Shown piece after piece: positions 6,324 through 6,938 of a DNA stretch of 6,938 nucleotides. A model generated the notes under the pieces. It was given only the letters and a program-made list of their open reading frames with translations, did no database searches and was not told the origin of the DNA. The stretch spans positions 1-6,938 of the forward strand of contig NW_021829177.1 of assembly GCF_006345805.1 (NCBI RefSeq), written 5' to 3'. Position numbers and translations under genes: made by a program. Every line of letters starts with the position of its first letter. The first letter of the stretch is position 1. The stretch is from Octopus sinensis (taxonomy: Eukaryota).

Positions 6324-6938
6324 GGCAGGGGCGTGCACTCTCAGCAATGCAAGGTAGGCGCTGCATGCCTTCTTTGTTTCAAATAAAATACGTCCAGTGT
6401 TTTAGAAATATTGTCTCCACTTCGTACATCTGCTTTGATAAATGCTTTTAGAAGATATCGCATGATACACACTCCTCTCTGTCTGTAATTAGTTTGTTCC
6501 TTCCTTCCTCTCTCTCTCTCTCTATCTTAGTGACTCGATAAATTTTCGCTTATCATGCGTTGGGAAGACAGCATGAGTCCCTCTCTCTGTCTTGATAGTC
6601 TGTCCCTTCTTTCTCTTCTCTGTCTTTGTTTAAAAGATATACTACGAGGAAGGGTCAACCCCCTTCTCTCTCAGCGATTCGACAATTCAGTTTGGCGTGT
6701 CATGCTGTGCTAAAATCGCATTTCAATCACGCCTCTCTGACTATTTTGACCGGCACAAAAGCCGTCCCATAATTCTTGTGTTTTAGCCAGCTGAAATGTT
6801 GGAATAGCCTTCGATGTAAGTTTGAAATTTTTTATCCAAAACATCCGTTTGCACTATCATATTTTTAGAAAGTTTTGAAAGCAAAAATATCTACATTATC
6901 ATTTCTTATTTCAGAATAGCTATTAATCTTAATTAATT

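Noticed and set aside
6334-6340. Metal response element TGCACTC
   Set aside because: A single 7-mer is expected by chance, and there is no cluster or promoter context.

Overview
AT-rich, microsatellite-dense animal genomic DNA, most likely intronic or intergenic. The SINE families match ones I recall from octopus/coleoid cephalopod genomes (not database-verified). It is not prokaryotic, and most ORFs in the track are artefacts of simple repeats. From left to right: (1) a decayed minus-strand R4/Dong-clade non-LTR retrotransposon (~40-975) whose three recognisable protein segments are in non-native order; (2) a possible L1/Tx1-type endonuclease remnant (~1400-1680, minus); (3) three copies of tRNA-derived SINE family A (1682-1890 minus, 2268-2440 minus, 2472-2741 plus), the last two forming a close inverted pair; (4) a head-to-tail array of three SINE family B units (2910-3546) among (TTG)n/(ATT)n tracts; (5) a ~1 kb compound microsatellite block; (6) a minus-strand tRNA-like SINE head (~5500-5621); (7) a candidate first coding exon of a secreted or membrane protein on the plus strand (acceptor 5922-5923, ATG 5968/6007, donors after 6165/6174). 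I cannot support a clearly new biological system. The best leads are the scrambled R4/Dong element, a possible Dong-LINE/(TAA)n-SINE partnership, the inverted SINE pair and the unidentified signal-peptide exon.
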